32,000 nt of DNA, from assembly GCA_030606485.1 (NCBI GenBank), contig JAUWGH010000001.1, forward strand, positions 30,001 to 62,000. The letters run 5' to 3'. The notes under the pieces were generated by a model. The model was not told where the DNA came from. It searched no databases and was given only the letters and a program-made list of their open reading frames with translations. Source of the DNA: Promethearchaeota archaeon (lineage in GTDB: Archaea > Asgardarchaeota > Lokiarchaeia > Sigyniarchaeales > SOKP01). Numbering within the stretch: position 1 is the stretch's first letter; each line of letters opens with the position of its first letter. Of this stretch, positions 18,236-26,617 are shown in pieces. Made by a program: the position numbers and the translations under genes.

Positions 18236-19201
18236 TTACTTTTTTATTTTTCTCAAAGTTTCAAATGATCCATACCCATTTTTATTATCATCTAATTGGT
18301 AATCAGCAAATGATTGAATAAGAATGGATTTATTACCCTCATTATCCTGAAAGGGGACCGGAATAATTGATCTCACACGTGCTTTCAGAATATGCTTATC
18401 ATTTAAAGAGTCAATTAATTCAAGTTCTGAACTAATTGGAAATATATTATCTTCACGAAATCGTTGATTTATAATTCGAATCGTTTTTAAAGGAATGTTC
18501 TGGCCGTCTTTAAAAAGAAAACCACCTGCAGATAATCTGCCATCATCAGCTATAATAACTGCCGGGTTTATCGCTAAATTTTCATTAAACCACACAACAT
18601 AGTACAACCAATTTCCCACACCAGTCCAATCTCGAATACCGTAGGTATGATCTCGTTGCCCGAGAGTATTTCGAATAGGATATATTTTTTCACCGACCTG
18701 AATCTCCCCAGAAATCTTAGCAATCTGCTCCCAGTGTTTATCTCCCGCCTTTTTTCCAAGCTCTAACGACTCGGGGGTCATATTCTCACTAAATTCATAC
18801 ACATCATTAATTGGATCAAAATTGAGATCTATCTTTACTTTATGAGCTCCCGCTATTAATTTTGGTTGTTCCCTTACTTTCGGCAAATCTTCTGGATTCT
18901 TGACCATAATCATATTTCCATTAAATTTATATTTCCATTTTCCATCGGGTTGACACATATGAGCCATACCACCTACTTTAAATGGAGTTGAATATTCTTT
19001 AATCTTCTCAATTTGATGATATCCACCGGCTGAACCATCCGGCAAAAAGAGAAATAAAAAAGTCATTCCTTCTGGCTTATTTGGCTTAAATCCGATTCTC
19101 GACATTCCGCCTAAATTTATTTCTTTATCATAAAACACAAAATAATAGGATTCATTCCATTCGGGATGAGTTGTTTTACATTCATGAGTTTTTGGTTCTA
19201 T
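18236..19201 (-). CDS. DUF7064/DUF7065-like protein (tocopherol cyclase/CrtC/AttH-like beta-barrel superfamily)
   Basis: HWEQ...GQRDHTYGIRDW and WNESYYFVFYD...GGMSRIGFKPN motifs. The frame is open 5' of the GTG at 19138 up to the TGA at 19252, and the WNESYYF motif lies upstream of that GTG. Start placed at ATA 19201 behind an SD-like AAGGTG (inference). Confidence 0.7.
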   Translation of the reverse strand: MEPKTHECKTTHPEWNESYYFVFYDKEINLGGMSRIGFKPNKPEGMTFLFLFLPDGSAGGYHQIEKIKEYSTPFKVGGMAHMCQPDGKWKYKFNGNMIMVKNPEDLPKVREQPKLIAGAHKVKIDLNFDPINDVYEFSENMTPESLELGKKAGDKHWEQIAKISGEIQVGEKIYPIRNTLGQRDHTYGIRDWTGVGNWLYYVVWFNENLAINPAVIIADDGRLSAGGFLFKDGQNIPLKTIRIINQRFREDNIFPISSELELIDSLNDKHILKARVRSIIPVPFQDNEGNKSILIQSFADYQLDDNKNGYGSFETLRKIKK

Positions 19202-19208
19202 TTTTCTA

Positions 19209-19214
19209 CACCTT
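19209..19214 (-). promoter_or_regulatory. Shine-Dalgarno-like AAGGTG
   Basis: 7 nt upstream of the in-frame ATA at 19201; same geometry as the SD at 26605-26610. Confidence 0.45.
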
Positions 19215-19261
19215 GTTAAATTTTGAATTTTTGTTTCTAATAATTTAATTCAATTTTAAAG

Positions 19262-21994
19262 TTATTTTTGAAGGGTAATCCAACCATTATTTCCATTAAT
19301 TGTGACAATCTGACCTGTTTGGAAAAGCTTACATGCATTTGGAATATTTGTTACAGCCGGAACGCCGTATTCCCTCGATATAACTGCTCCATGGGAAAGA
19401 ATACCGCCTGTTTCTGTGATTAAACCTGCAATTTTCGAAAAAATCGGGGTCCAACCAGGATCTGTTCGAGGTACTACGAGAATCTCACCTGCTTTAACAC
19501 TTGGGATATCCTCAATCTTAGTTAATACACGTATTGGTGCAGTATTAATTCCTTGACTTGCGGGAATTCCTCGAAAAGATGTACTTTCTTTTGTAAATTG
19601 AGTTGGGTCGTTGAATTCCTGCGAACCTTCGATGAATTTTGGTGGTATGATATTTTCATATTTTAAAAATTCTTCATATCGTTTTTTAACTAAGGTCCAG
19701 ATTTTACTAACTTCGTTATCACTTAAATCCTGAAAAGCTAATTTTTTAATTTCTTTTTTGTGTAAAAAGAAAATCTCGATCGGTTTTTGTAATTTTCCTT
19801 GACGTTTGAATTGCTCTCCAATTTCCAAGAATATATGTCGATTCCTTGTAATCCACCGATCCAGATTAAACCGTTGATTCTCGCGAAATATGATATATCT
19901 GCGAGCAAATTTTAAAATTATTGAAAATATTTTCCATTTTAAAAAGCCCAATCTCGTTGATCTGATTTTTTGCTGAACTATACCATCAATATTTTCTTGA
20001 ACAATTGTTCTTTTTGAACTTTCTTTTTCTATTTCTTGAACTTCACCTGCGACTAGAGATTTTAAGATATCAAATACATATTCAGGGGCATCCCTCCAAC
20101 GTGGATAATAAGGTTCTCTCGTGAACCCACGGTCGCCATGGTCTTTTAAAAATTTTTCAAACTCTTTATAAAAACTTTTAATAACTGGAATTTTTTCGGA
20201 TGATAAATAAGAATAAAATTCTTTTGAATCCTTTTCGAGAATCTTCTCTCTCAGTTCTGGGACTCCGCGAATAAAGATCGCTAGATCATGTATTCGTTCA
20301 TTCGTTTCGGTCAATTTGTGCTTTAAATTTGATATTAATATCGGATATAACCGTTGCATCTCTTTCTTTCCAAGAAATCGAGTCAGTAGGTACTGAGCCA
20401 TTAAATTCATCCCAATATTATGAACTGGTATCCCATAGCGAACAAGACGGAAATGGGCAACCATTTTTTGGTCTAATTCTTCAGCTAAATCAATAAGAGC
20501 TTTAATATTTCCGGTTCCTATTAAATTTTCTAAACGTGGATCGAATTCATCGCAATATGGAAAAAATTCTTCTTGGGTCCAGGTCTCATACTTTGAATCA
20601 GTTTTTGTCATTGAACCATCAGAATCATATAACATTACTCGTAATTCTGCAACTATTCGCTTTAAAAGACGAAAAGGTAGTTTTTTTATAGTTTTTTTAC
20701 CAAATGGTCCAGAACCTTCTGGAAAATAATTTAAAAGATCTTCATTACGTATAAAATCCGGTATTTCATATTCTACTTTTCGCTTCATCACCTCGAGATT
20801 GAAATATACATGTGCTTTGAAGGGTTTCATTAACTTTTTCTCCATGCGTTGGTACCCCATAATTTGGTTTAGATCCATATTTACAACCAAAATCAATTGA
20901 TCTCCTAAAAGATCAAAAAATAAAGGAGTAACAGGATCATTCCAATAATCGTCGGAATATCCTCGACTCCAAATAATCTTCTCAACGGGTTGAGCAGACT
21001 TCATTGAGGTTATTGGCCGCGTTTGGAGAAGATGGATTTGATCGTTTTGATCGATTGCCCATTCAATATCTTGAGGAGATCCAAATTGATGTTCTATTTC
21101 TCTCCCTATTTGGGCGAGTTGGATTATTTGTTTATCAGAAAGGGAAGACTTTCTATTCATATCATCAGATAATTTGATATATTCAATTCCATTCTCATTT
21201 TCTGAAGATTTTGGGTGTGCAGCAACATTTTTTAAGCCAATTCTCTTCTTAAGAATCTTAAATATTTTTTTTTTAAATGAATCATCTTTATGAACTGTAA
21301 ATTGGTCCGGACTGATCTGTCCTGACATAACAGATTCACCTAATCCAAAATTAGATTCGATAAGCAAATTTGAACTTTCTAATGATATTGGGTCTGCTGT
21401 AAACATAACTCCTGCACTTTTAGCCGGAATCATCTTTTGAATAATAACTGCTAATTCAGCATTATCATGAGGAATTTGGTTTTCATTCCGATATACAATA
21501 GCTCGACTAGTCCAGACCGATGAGTAGCATCGCTTAATATATTGAAGTATCTCATCAAAACTCTTAAGATTAAGATTTAGGAAAGATTCGTATTGTCCTG
21601 CAAAAGAAGCTGTTGGTAAATCTTCTGATAAACCGGATGAGCGAATGACAAAATTATTTTTTCCTAAATATTCAAATCTTTTTTTAATCTCTTCCACCAA
21701 TTTAGGAGGAAGAAATGCTCGTTCAATTTCTTCTGTAATTTTCCTTGAACAAGTCTCAATCGTTTCATAATTAGAATAATCAATATCTTCTAGAAATTTT
21801 TGAATTAACATTTCGAGATTATTTGCTTTTAGAAATAAAGAGTATGCCGCAACAGTAATAACAAACCCTTCTGGAACAGAAAAATTTTTCTGAATTAATG
21901 TTCCAAGATTTGCAGCCTTACTCCCTATCTTATTTATATCCTTTTCAGTAATATCTTTTAGATTTAATATTAAAGACTCCGTAATTACCATCAC
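19262..21994 (-). CDS. PEP-utilising dikinase-like phosphotransferase, rifampin phosphotransferase/PigC architecture
   Basis: N-terminal ATP-grasp (GSKAANLG, IRSSGLSED, SFAGQYES, DIEWA, LQTRPIT), long central helical domain, C-terminal phospho-His swivel domain (TETGGILSHGAVISREYGVP); no pyruvate-binding barrel. Start GTG 21994 or ATG 21991. Confidence 0.88.
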   Translation of the reverse strand: MMVITESLILNLKDITEKDINKIGSKAANLGTLIQKNFSVPEGFVITVAAYSLFLKANNLEMLIQKFLEDIDYSNYETIETCSRKITEEIERAFLPPKLVEEIKKRFEYLGKNNFVIRSSGLSEDLPTASFAGQYESFLNLNLKSFDEILQYIKRCYSSVWTSRAIVYRNENQIPHDNAELAVIIQKMIPAKSAGVMFTADPISLESSNLLIESNFGLGESVMSGQISPDQFTVHKDDSFKKKIFKILKKRIGLKNVAAHPKSSENENGIEYIKLSDDMNRKSSLSDKQIIQLAQIGREIEHQFGSPQDIEWAIDQNDQIHLLQTRPITSMKSAQPVEKIIWSRGYSDDYWNDPVTPLFFDLLGDQLILVVNMDLNQIMGYQRMEKKLMKPFKAHVYFNLEVMKRKVEYEIPDFIRNEDLLNYFPEGSGPFGKKTIKKLPFRLLKRIVAELRVMLYDSDGSMTKTDSKYETWTQEEFFPYCDEFDPRLENLIGTGNIKALIDLAEELDQKMVAHFRLVRYGIPVHNIGMNLMAQYLLTRFLGKKEMQRLYPILISNLKHKLTETNERIHDLAIFIRGVPELREKILEKDSKEFYSYLSSEKIPVIKSFYKEFEKFLKDHGDRGFTREPYYPRWRDAPEYVFDILKSLVAGEVQEIEKESSKRTIVQENIDGIVQQKIRSTRLGFLKWKIFSIILKFARRYIIFRENQRFNLDRWITRNRHIFLEIGEQFKRQGKLQKPIEIFFLHKKEIKKLAFQDLSDNEVSKIWTLVKKRYEEFLKYENIIPPKFIEGSQEFNDPTQFTKESTSFRGIPASQGINTAPIRVLTKIEDIPSVKAGEILVVPRTDPGWTPIFSKIAGLITETGGILSHGAVISREYGVPAVTNIPNACKLFQTGQIVTINGNNGWITLQK

Positions 21995-22200
21995 CGAATA
22001 TTTTTTTAAAATTTTTTAAAAAAGTGATAATAGATATCAAAAAATATTAATAATTATTAAAAGTTTTTTTAAAATCTATATTAAATGAAGTTTTATAATA
22101 AGTAATCCAAACTCGGAAACATATGAATTTATTGAAAATTATAATATATTTAATGACAAATTTTTTTTTGGGGTAATGGATCATTACTGATTTAGACATT

Positions 22201-23442
22201 TTGAGTGAATCTAAAAGGACTTTAGAATTGTGGGAAATACCCTTTATGCAATTCGGCATCATTTCTAGCCATAGTTTTTCAAGTTTAAGCAAAGTTCCAA
22301 TAAAACGCTGGGATCCTCTGAGTAATGTACCAATTATTTTGCAAGATAATGGTAAACATACTGTTTTATCAAAATTTTACGGCCATTATAGTTATATTTC
22401 TCCTGTTAGAAGAAAAAGAGAGTCCAATATAGATAAGGACAATGGAGACAATGATGTTTTTAAGGCGGTTTTAAATGGAAAACCAATAAAGGATAATAAA
22501 GGCAATCTAATTGGTGATGGTTTTGGAATAATTATATGTAATGGAAATAAAAAAGTAGATAATCCTTTCAGTATCACACCAAAAAGATATATAAATATTA
22601 AAGGAAAAGCCATAACATTAATCAATAGATATCCTGCTATGGCTCGATGGATTGAAGATTCGATCCTTGATTATATAGTTAATAATTTACCTTTAAATTC
22701 TAAACTCGCATATGGAGTTAATCTAGTTACAATTTCAAAGGAATATTATGATTCTTTAAAGTTTGAAGAAATTCCGGATGATGTAATATCAGAAGTATTT
22801 CAATCAACAACTGCGGGAATATCCTATGTTATTGAGGAGGCTAATAAAAAAGGAATAAAGAGTATTCCAGTATCACCATTTTTTAATATCGGGAAACCTG
22901 TAGGGGGAAGTCAAAGAAGACTTCATTCGCAAGTATATATTGATCTAAACGAGGATGGACATGGAGCTCGTTTAGAAATGCATCTTAAAGCGTTTGAGGA
23001 AATGAGAGAACATGAATGTCGTCTATGCAAGTCAGATCATGGTGGGGGCTCTAGGCTAGTTTTGAAAACAAATTTCTGGACTTTTTTTGTTACTGGTAGT
23101 CCTTTAAGAAATTACCATCTTAGATTTTATCCAAATGAACATCTTGAAAGGTTAGATGAACTTGATAAAAAATGTTTTAATGATCTCGCACATAATCTAA
23201 AAATAATCTGGAGCGCTCTAAATGACATCTTTGCTAATCCAAATAGGAATATTATTCTTAATATGAAACCCTATGGGTATGAAAAATCACATTTTCATCT
23301 ATTTGGAGATATTTTACCTTATGAGTTTGTCGGGGGGGCGGAAATGGCAGATGATATGCGAGTAGCTCGATTACTTCCAGAAAATGTAGCTAAGGAACTA
23401 AGAAAAATTATTCATAAAAAGGATCTAATTTCTAAATCTTAA
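22201..23442 (+). CDS. GalT-like nucleotidyltransferase (HIT superfamily)
   Basis: RWDPLS N-terminal motif, NRYP, FNIGKPVGGSQRRLHSQ active-site loop, CRLC, HFHL, VGGAEM...LLPENVAKELR. Confidence 0.82.
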   Translation: MSESKRTLELWEIPFMQFGIISSHSFSSLSKVPIKRWDPLSNVPIILQDNGKHTVLSKFYGHYSYISPVRRKRESNIDKDNGDNDVFKAVLNGKPIKDNKGNLIGDGFGIIICNGNKKVDNPFSITPKRYINIKGKAITLINRYPAMARWIEDSILDYIVNNLPLNSKLAYGVNLVTISKEYYDSLKFEEIPDDVISEVFQSTTAGISYVIEEANKKGIKSIPVSPFFNIGKPVGGSQRRLHSQVYIDLNEDGHGARLEMHLKAFEEMREHECRLCKSDHGGGSRLVLKTNFWTFFVTGSPLRNYHLRFYPNEHLERLDELDKKCFNDLAHNLKIIWSALNDIFANPNRNIILNMKPYGYEKSHFHLFGDILPYEFVGGAEMADDMRVARLLPENVAKELRKIIHKKDLISKS

Positions 23443-23502
23443 AAAATTTAAAAAAATTTGATTAAAATATTTAAATTATAAAAGATTTATATCTGAAGAT
23501 TT

Positions 23503-24654
23503 ATGACTATTGAATTTTGTGCAATAATTTTAGCAGGTGGAATTGGGAAAAGGCTACACCCCCTTACATCAATACTTCCCAAACCTCTTGTCAAGGTTAC
23601 AAACAAACCAATGATTGACTATGCTATAAATCACGTAAAATACGCAGGAATTAAACATATCATTATTGCTTTAGCTCATAGGGGTAATCTTTTAAAAGAA
23701 TATTTGGAAAAAGAATGGACACAGGATAAATTAGGAGATATACGATTAGAGTATTTAATTCAAGATTCTAGCGGAACTGCGGATGCTGTAAAAAAATGCC
23801 GTGAGAATATTGACAGTGAAAAATTTATTGTTAGCATGGGAGATATTGTAACTAACCTTCCAATGAAAAATTTAATGCAATTTCACAGTGAAAAAAAAGG
23901 AATTTCTACAATTTCCATGAAAACAGTGGAGAGTCATACATCCCAATACGGCGTGGTTTTGCTAGACAAAAATAGGAAAATTTATCTTTTTTTAGAAAAG
24001 CCTCTACCCATGGAACTGTATGTAAGTGGTATGGCACAACGTACTGACCTATTTCTTCACACAAATATTATAAATACGGGAATGTATGCATTTGATGCAA
24101 AAATTCTAGACATTTTAGAAAGTCAACCACTTGGAGATTTTGGAAGTGATGTTTTTCCATACCTCCTTGCCAATAACTATGATCTATATGGTTTTATTGA
24201 AAATTATTACTGGCTTGATGTTGGAAATCCTCAGACATATCTTTGGGCAAACTGGGATCTTCTAAGAAAATATGGCTGGCCTATAACTCCCAATGGAAAT
24301 GAAGATAATAACATTTGGACCATAAATGAAATCAATACAGAAGGTTCTGTTAATATTTATAAATGGACTTGTTTTGGGGATGATGTGCGTTTAAAAAATA
24401 ATGTTCAAATAAAAGAATTATCGGTAATTGGTTCAAATGTGGAAATTAAAGAAGATTCAATTATAGATAAAAGTATAATTTGGGATAATGTATCTATTGG
24501 TGCTGGATGTAAAATTAACTCTTCAATAATATGTAATGAGTCTTCCATTGGAAATAATGTTGTTTTAAATAACGTAATTATTGGTCCAAACTGTAAAATT
24601 AGTGATGATAAAGTTATTTTTGATAAATCCATTGAAATGGGCACCGAAATATAG
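23503..24654 (+). CDS. NDP-sugar pyrophosphorylase (mannose/glucose-1-phosphate nucleotidyltransferase) with C-terminal left-handed beta-helix
   Basis: LAGGIGKRLHPLT...PKPL, SGTADAV, SMGDI, FLEKP, WLDVGN, hexapeptide repeats. Confidence 0.93.
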   Translation: MTIEFCAIILAGGIGKRLHPLTSILPKPLVKVTNKPMIDYAINHVKYAGIKHIIIALAHRGNLLKEYLEKEWTQDKLGDIRLEYLIQDSSGTADAVKKCRENIDSEKFIVSMGDIVTNLPMKNLMQFHSEKKGISTISMKTVESHTSQYGVVLLDKNRKIYLFLEKPLPMELYVSGMAQRTDLFLHTNIINTGMYAFDAKILDILESQPLGDFGSDVFPYLLANNYDLYGFIENYYWLDVGNPQTYLWANWDLLRKYGWPITPNGNEDNNIWTINEINTEGSVNIYKWTCFGDDVRLKNNVQIKELSVIGSNVEIKEDSIIDKSIIWDNVSIGAGCKINSSIICNESSIGNNVVLNNVIIGPNCKISDDKVIFDKSIEMGTEI

Positions 24655-24741
24655 CTTTCTCTTAGTTGTTTTCATCTAGAACGTAAAATAAATTGTCCTG
24701 TATTAATAAAAAAAGAAGAATTTAGTTTTTATTTAAATTTA

Positions 24742-26466
24742 TTAATCATATTTAAATGACTTAAATGCATTAGCATCTAATTTTTCGAATATGGAGTCGC
24801 TGTCCTTAACCATTCCAAGATATTCCCATTCTCCCTCGTCGACCATTTCATTATTTCCGTATTTCACTGCCATATCATACAAACGAATGAATTTTTCATA
24901 ATGTTCTGCAATTCTATTTTCCGAATAATCTCTAGCTGTCCATGTGCTTATTAAAAACTGCCAATCACTGGATTCAAGAAGTAAAAGCTCCCTCCCTAAC
25001 TGTTCAATAATATCTTTCAAATTTTTATCGGCTGAAGCATAATATTTTTCAACTACTTCTTCCATTTTTTCCTCGCATTCGTAAATATAATGATATGACC
25101 AAGATGTCCAATCATTTAACCAAGTATTATGCCAACCAGAAAGCCCCCACGATCCTTCAGGCAAAGAGATTATTTTATTTGGAGGATATTGTTCTAAATA
25201 CCTTGAACATGTTGTAAGATCAATCTCCGGGTCATCTTCCATCCATTTTAATATCTTTTTCAACCATCGTGGTCCCTCAAACCACCAATGACCAAAAAGC
25301 TCGCAATCATACGGAGCTACAACAACACCAAATCGATTATTCTTACTTTTATATTCATTTAATATATCTCTTACTTGATTTTTAAAATGAGTTGCATTTT
25401 CTTCCAGACGTTTTTCTATATCTTCTGGATAATACTCCATTTTTTGCCCAATATCAATTTTTGCTCCGGTGACTTTCCAATATCGATTTCCTCCAGGATA
25501 ATGCTTTTTATGAAAGTCTAAATAGTTTCCATCTCCAGGGAATCCATGCTCACCCGACCAAACGAGGAGACCTGTTTTTTCATCTCTTGTAAAAATAGCA
25601 ACTGGTGGTAAATTTGGTCTTGATCCCAATAAATAAGGTTCATAGGGAGTTCTGTCAAATTTTAATTCTAAAGGTTCATACTTTACTTTGAAATGTTCCC
25701 ATAACTCTAGCAATATAGGAAACCTTTCAAGATAAACACCTTTAGTTTCGCCCCCCATTGTTGAATGTGTATCTACGATAAAGTAACGAAATCCATGCTT
25801 TGCAAGAAAATATTCCACACCTTCCCTGTAATATTCCTCTTCAGTTAAAGGATTTTTCCATTTATACGCCGGTCTATAACCGCATTCTGGAAGCCACATT
25901 CCAATCGGTTCACGATTAAAGACTTGTTTATAATAATCCTTTGCAATTTTAATTTGAGCATTTACAGAACTATCCTTTCCCAGTAAAGGAAAATAGCCGT
26001 GTGTAGCAAAACAAGTCATTAATTCAATTATATTTTTATCTTGAAGGTTCTTAAATTCATTCACAATATCTTGATTGTAATTATGATTGAAAGTATCTTT
26101 TATTCCTGTATAGAATTTTTCCCATTCATGTGCTGTTTTTATTAGATTTTCAAACTTATATTTTGTAAAATCCTCAATATCATGGATAGATGCATCAATT
26201 TTCATATCTAAATACGCATTAAAATCAGCTTTGAATGAATTATGCTTTAACATTGCAACTAATGGAGGGCTCAAACTAATTGTTATTCTTGGAGTGTAAC
26301 CCTCATTTATAAGTTCATTCAAAATATTCAAAATGGGTATATAAGTCTCACTTGCTGCCTCGTTTAACCATGATGTCCCATGAGGCCAATTTCCATGGTT
26401 AATAACCCACGGTAAATGAGAATGAAGGACAAAAGAAAAACTCCCAATACCATTTTTTTCAGTCAT
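24742..26466 (-). CDS. GH57 1,4-alpha-glucan branching enzyme
   Basis: LHSHLPWV, nucleophile motif WLPECGY, acid/base motif YDCELFGHWWFEG, EGSWG, ELLLLESSDWQF. Confidence 0.93.
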   Translation of the reverse strand: MTEKNGIGSFSFVLHSHLPWVINHGNWPHGTSWLNEAASETYIPILNILNELINEGYTPRITISLSPPLVAMLKHNSFKADFNAYLDMKIDASIHDIEDFTKYKFENLIKTAHEWEKFYTGIKDTFNHNYNQDIVNEFKNLQDKNIIELMTCFATHGYFPLLGKDSSVNAQIKIAKDYYKQVFNREPIGMWLPECGYRPAYKWKNPLTEEEYYREGVEYFLAKHGFRYFIVDTHSTMGGETKGVYLERFPILLELWEHFKVKYEPLELKFDRTPYEPYLLGSRPNLPPVAIFTRDEKTGLLVWSGEHGFPGDGNYLDFHKKHYPGGNRYWKVTGAKIDIGQKMEYYPEDIEKRLEENATHFKNQVRDILNEYKSKNNRFGVVVAPYDCELFGHWWFEGPRWLKKILKWMEDDPEIDLTTCSRYLEQYPPNKIISLPEGSWGLSGWHNTWLNDWTSWSYHYIYECEEKMEEVVEKYYASADKNLKDIIEQLGRELLLLESSDWQFLISTWTARDYSENRIAEHYEKFIRLYDMAVKYGNNEMVDEGEWEYLGMVKDSDSIFEKLDANAFKSFKYD

Positions 26467-26604
26467 TTTATTATCAAATCCAATTTTTTACTTTATCAAA
26501 ATTCTATGAAAGAAAATTTATTATTTTATCTATAAAATTAAATTTCTTAATTTTATTCTTTCCATAAAATTAATTAAAAATGTTAAATTAATTTATTTTT
26601 AAAA

Positions 26605-26610
26605 AGGTGG
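26605..26610 (+). promoter_or_regulatory. Shine-Dalgarno AGGTGG
   Basis: 7 nt upstream of ATG 26618. Confidence 0.6.
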
Positions 26611-26617
26611 ATCCACG

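Noticed and set aside
15705-18759. Short minus-strand ORFs 15705-15935, 17525-17734 and 18574-18759
   Set aside because: Overlap longer motif-bearing genes on the opposite strand or in another frame.
19250-19252. In-frame TGA upstream of the DUF gene (and at 28272-28274) as possible selenocysteine readthrough
   Set aside because: A TAA follows within two to four codons upstream in both cases and no start codon is gained.
19262-21994. Annotation as PEP synthase (ppsA) or PPDK
   Set aside because: His domain is C-terminal and the pyruvate-binding barrel is missing.
22025-22039. TGATA-N5-TATCA as a TrmB-family (TGM-like) operator
   Set aside because: Arms are only 5 bp and in the opposite orientation to TATCAC-N5-GTGATA; not found at the other sugar-gene promoters.
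26547-26573. 10-bp inverted repeat TTAATTTTAT-N7-ATAAAATTAA in the divergent spacer
   Set aside because: A/T-only arms; equally explained by back-to-back TATA elements or chance.
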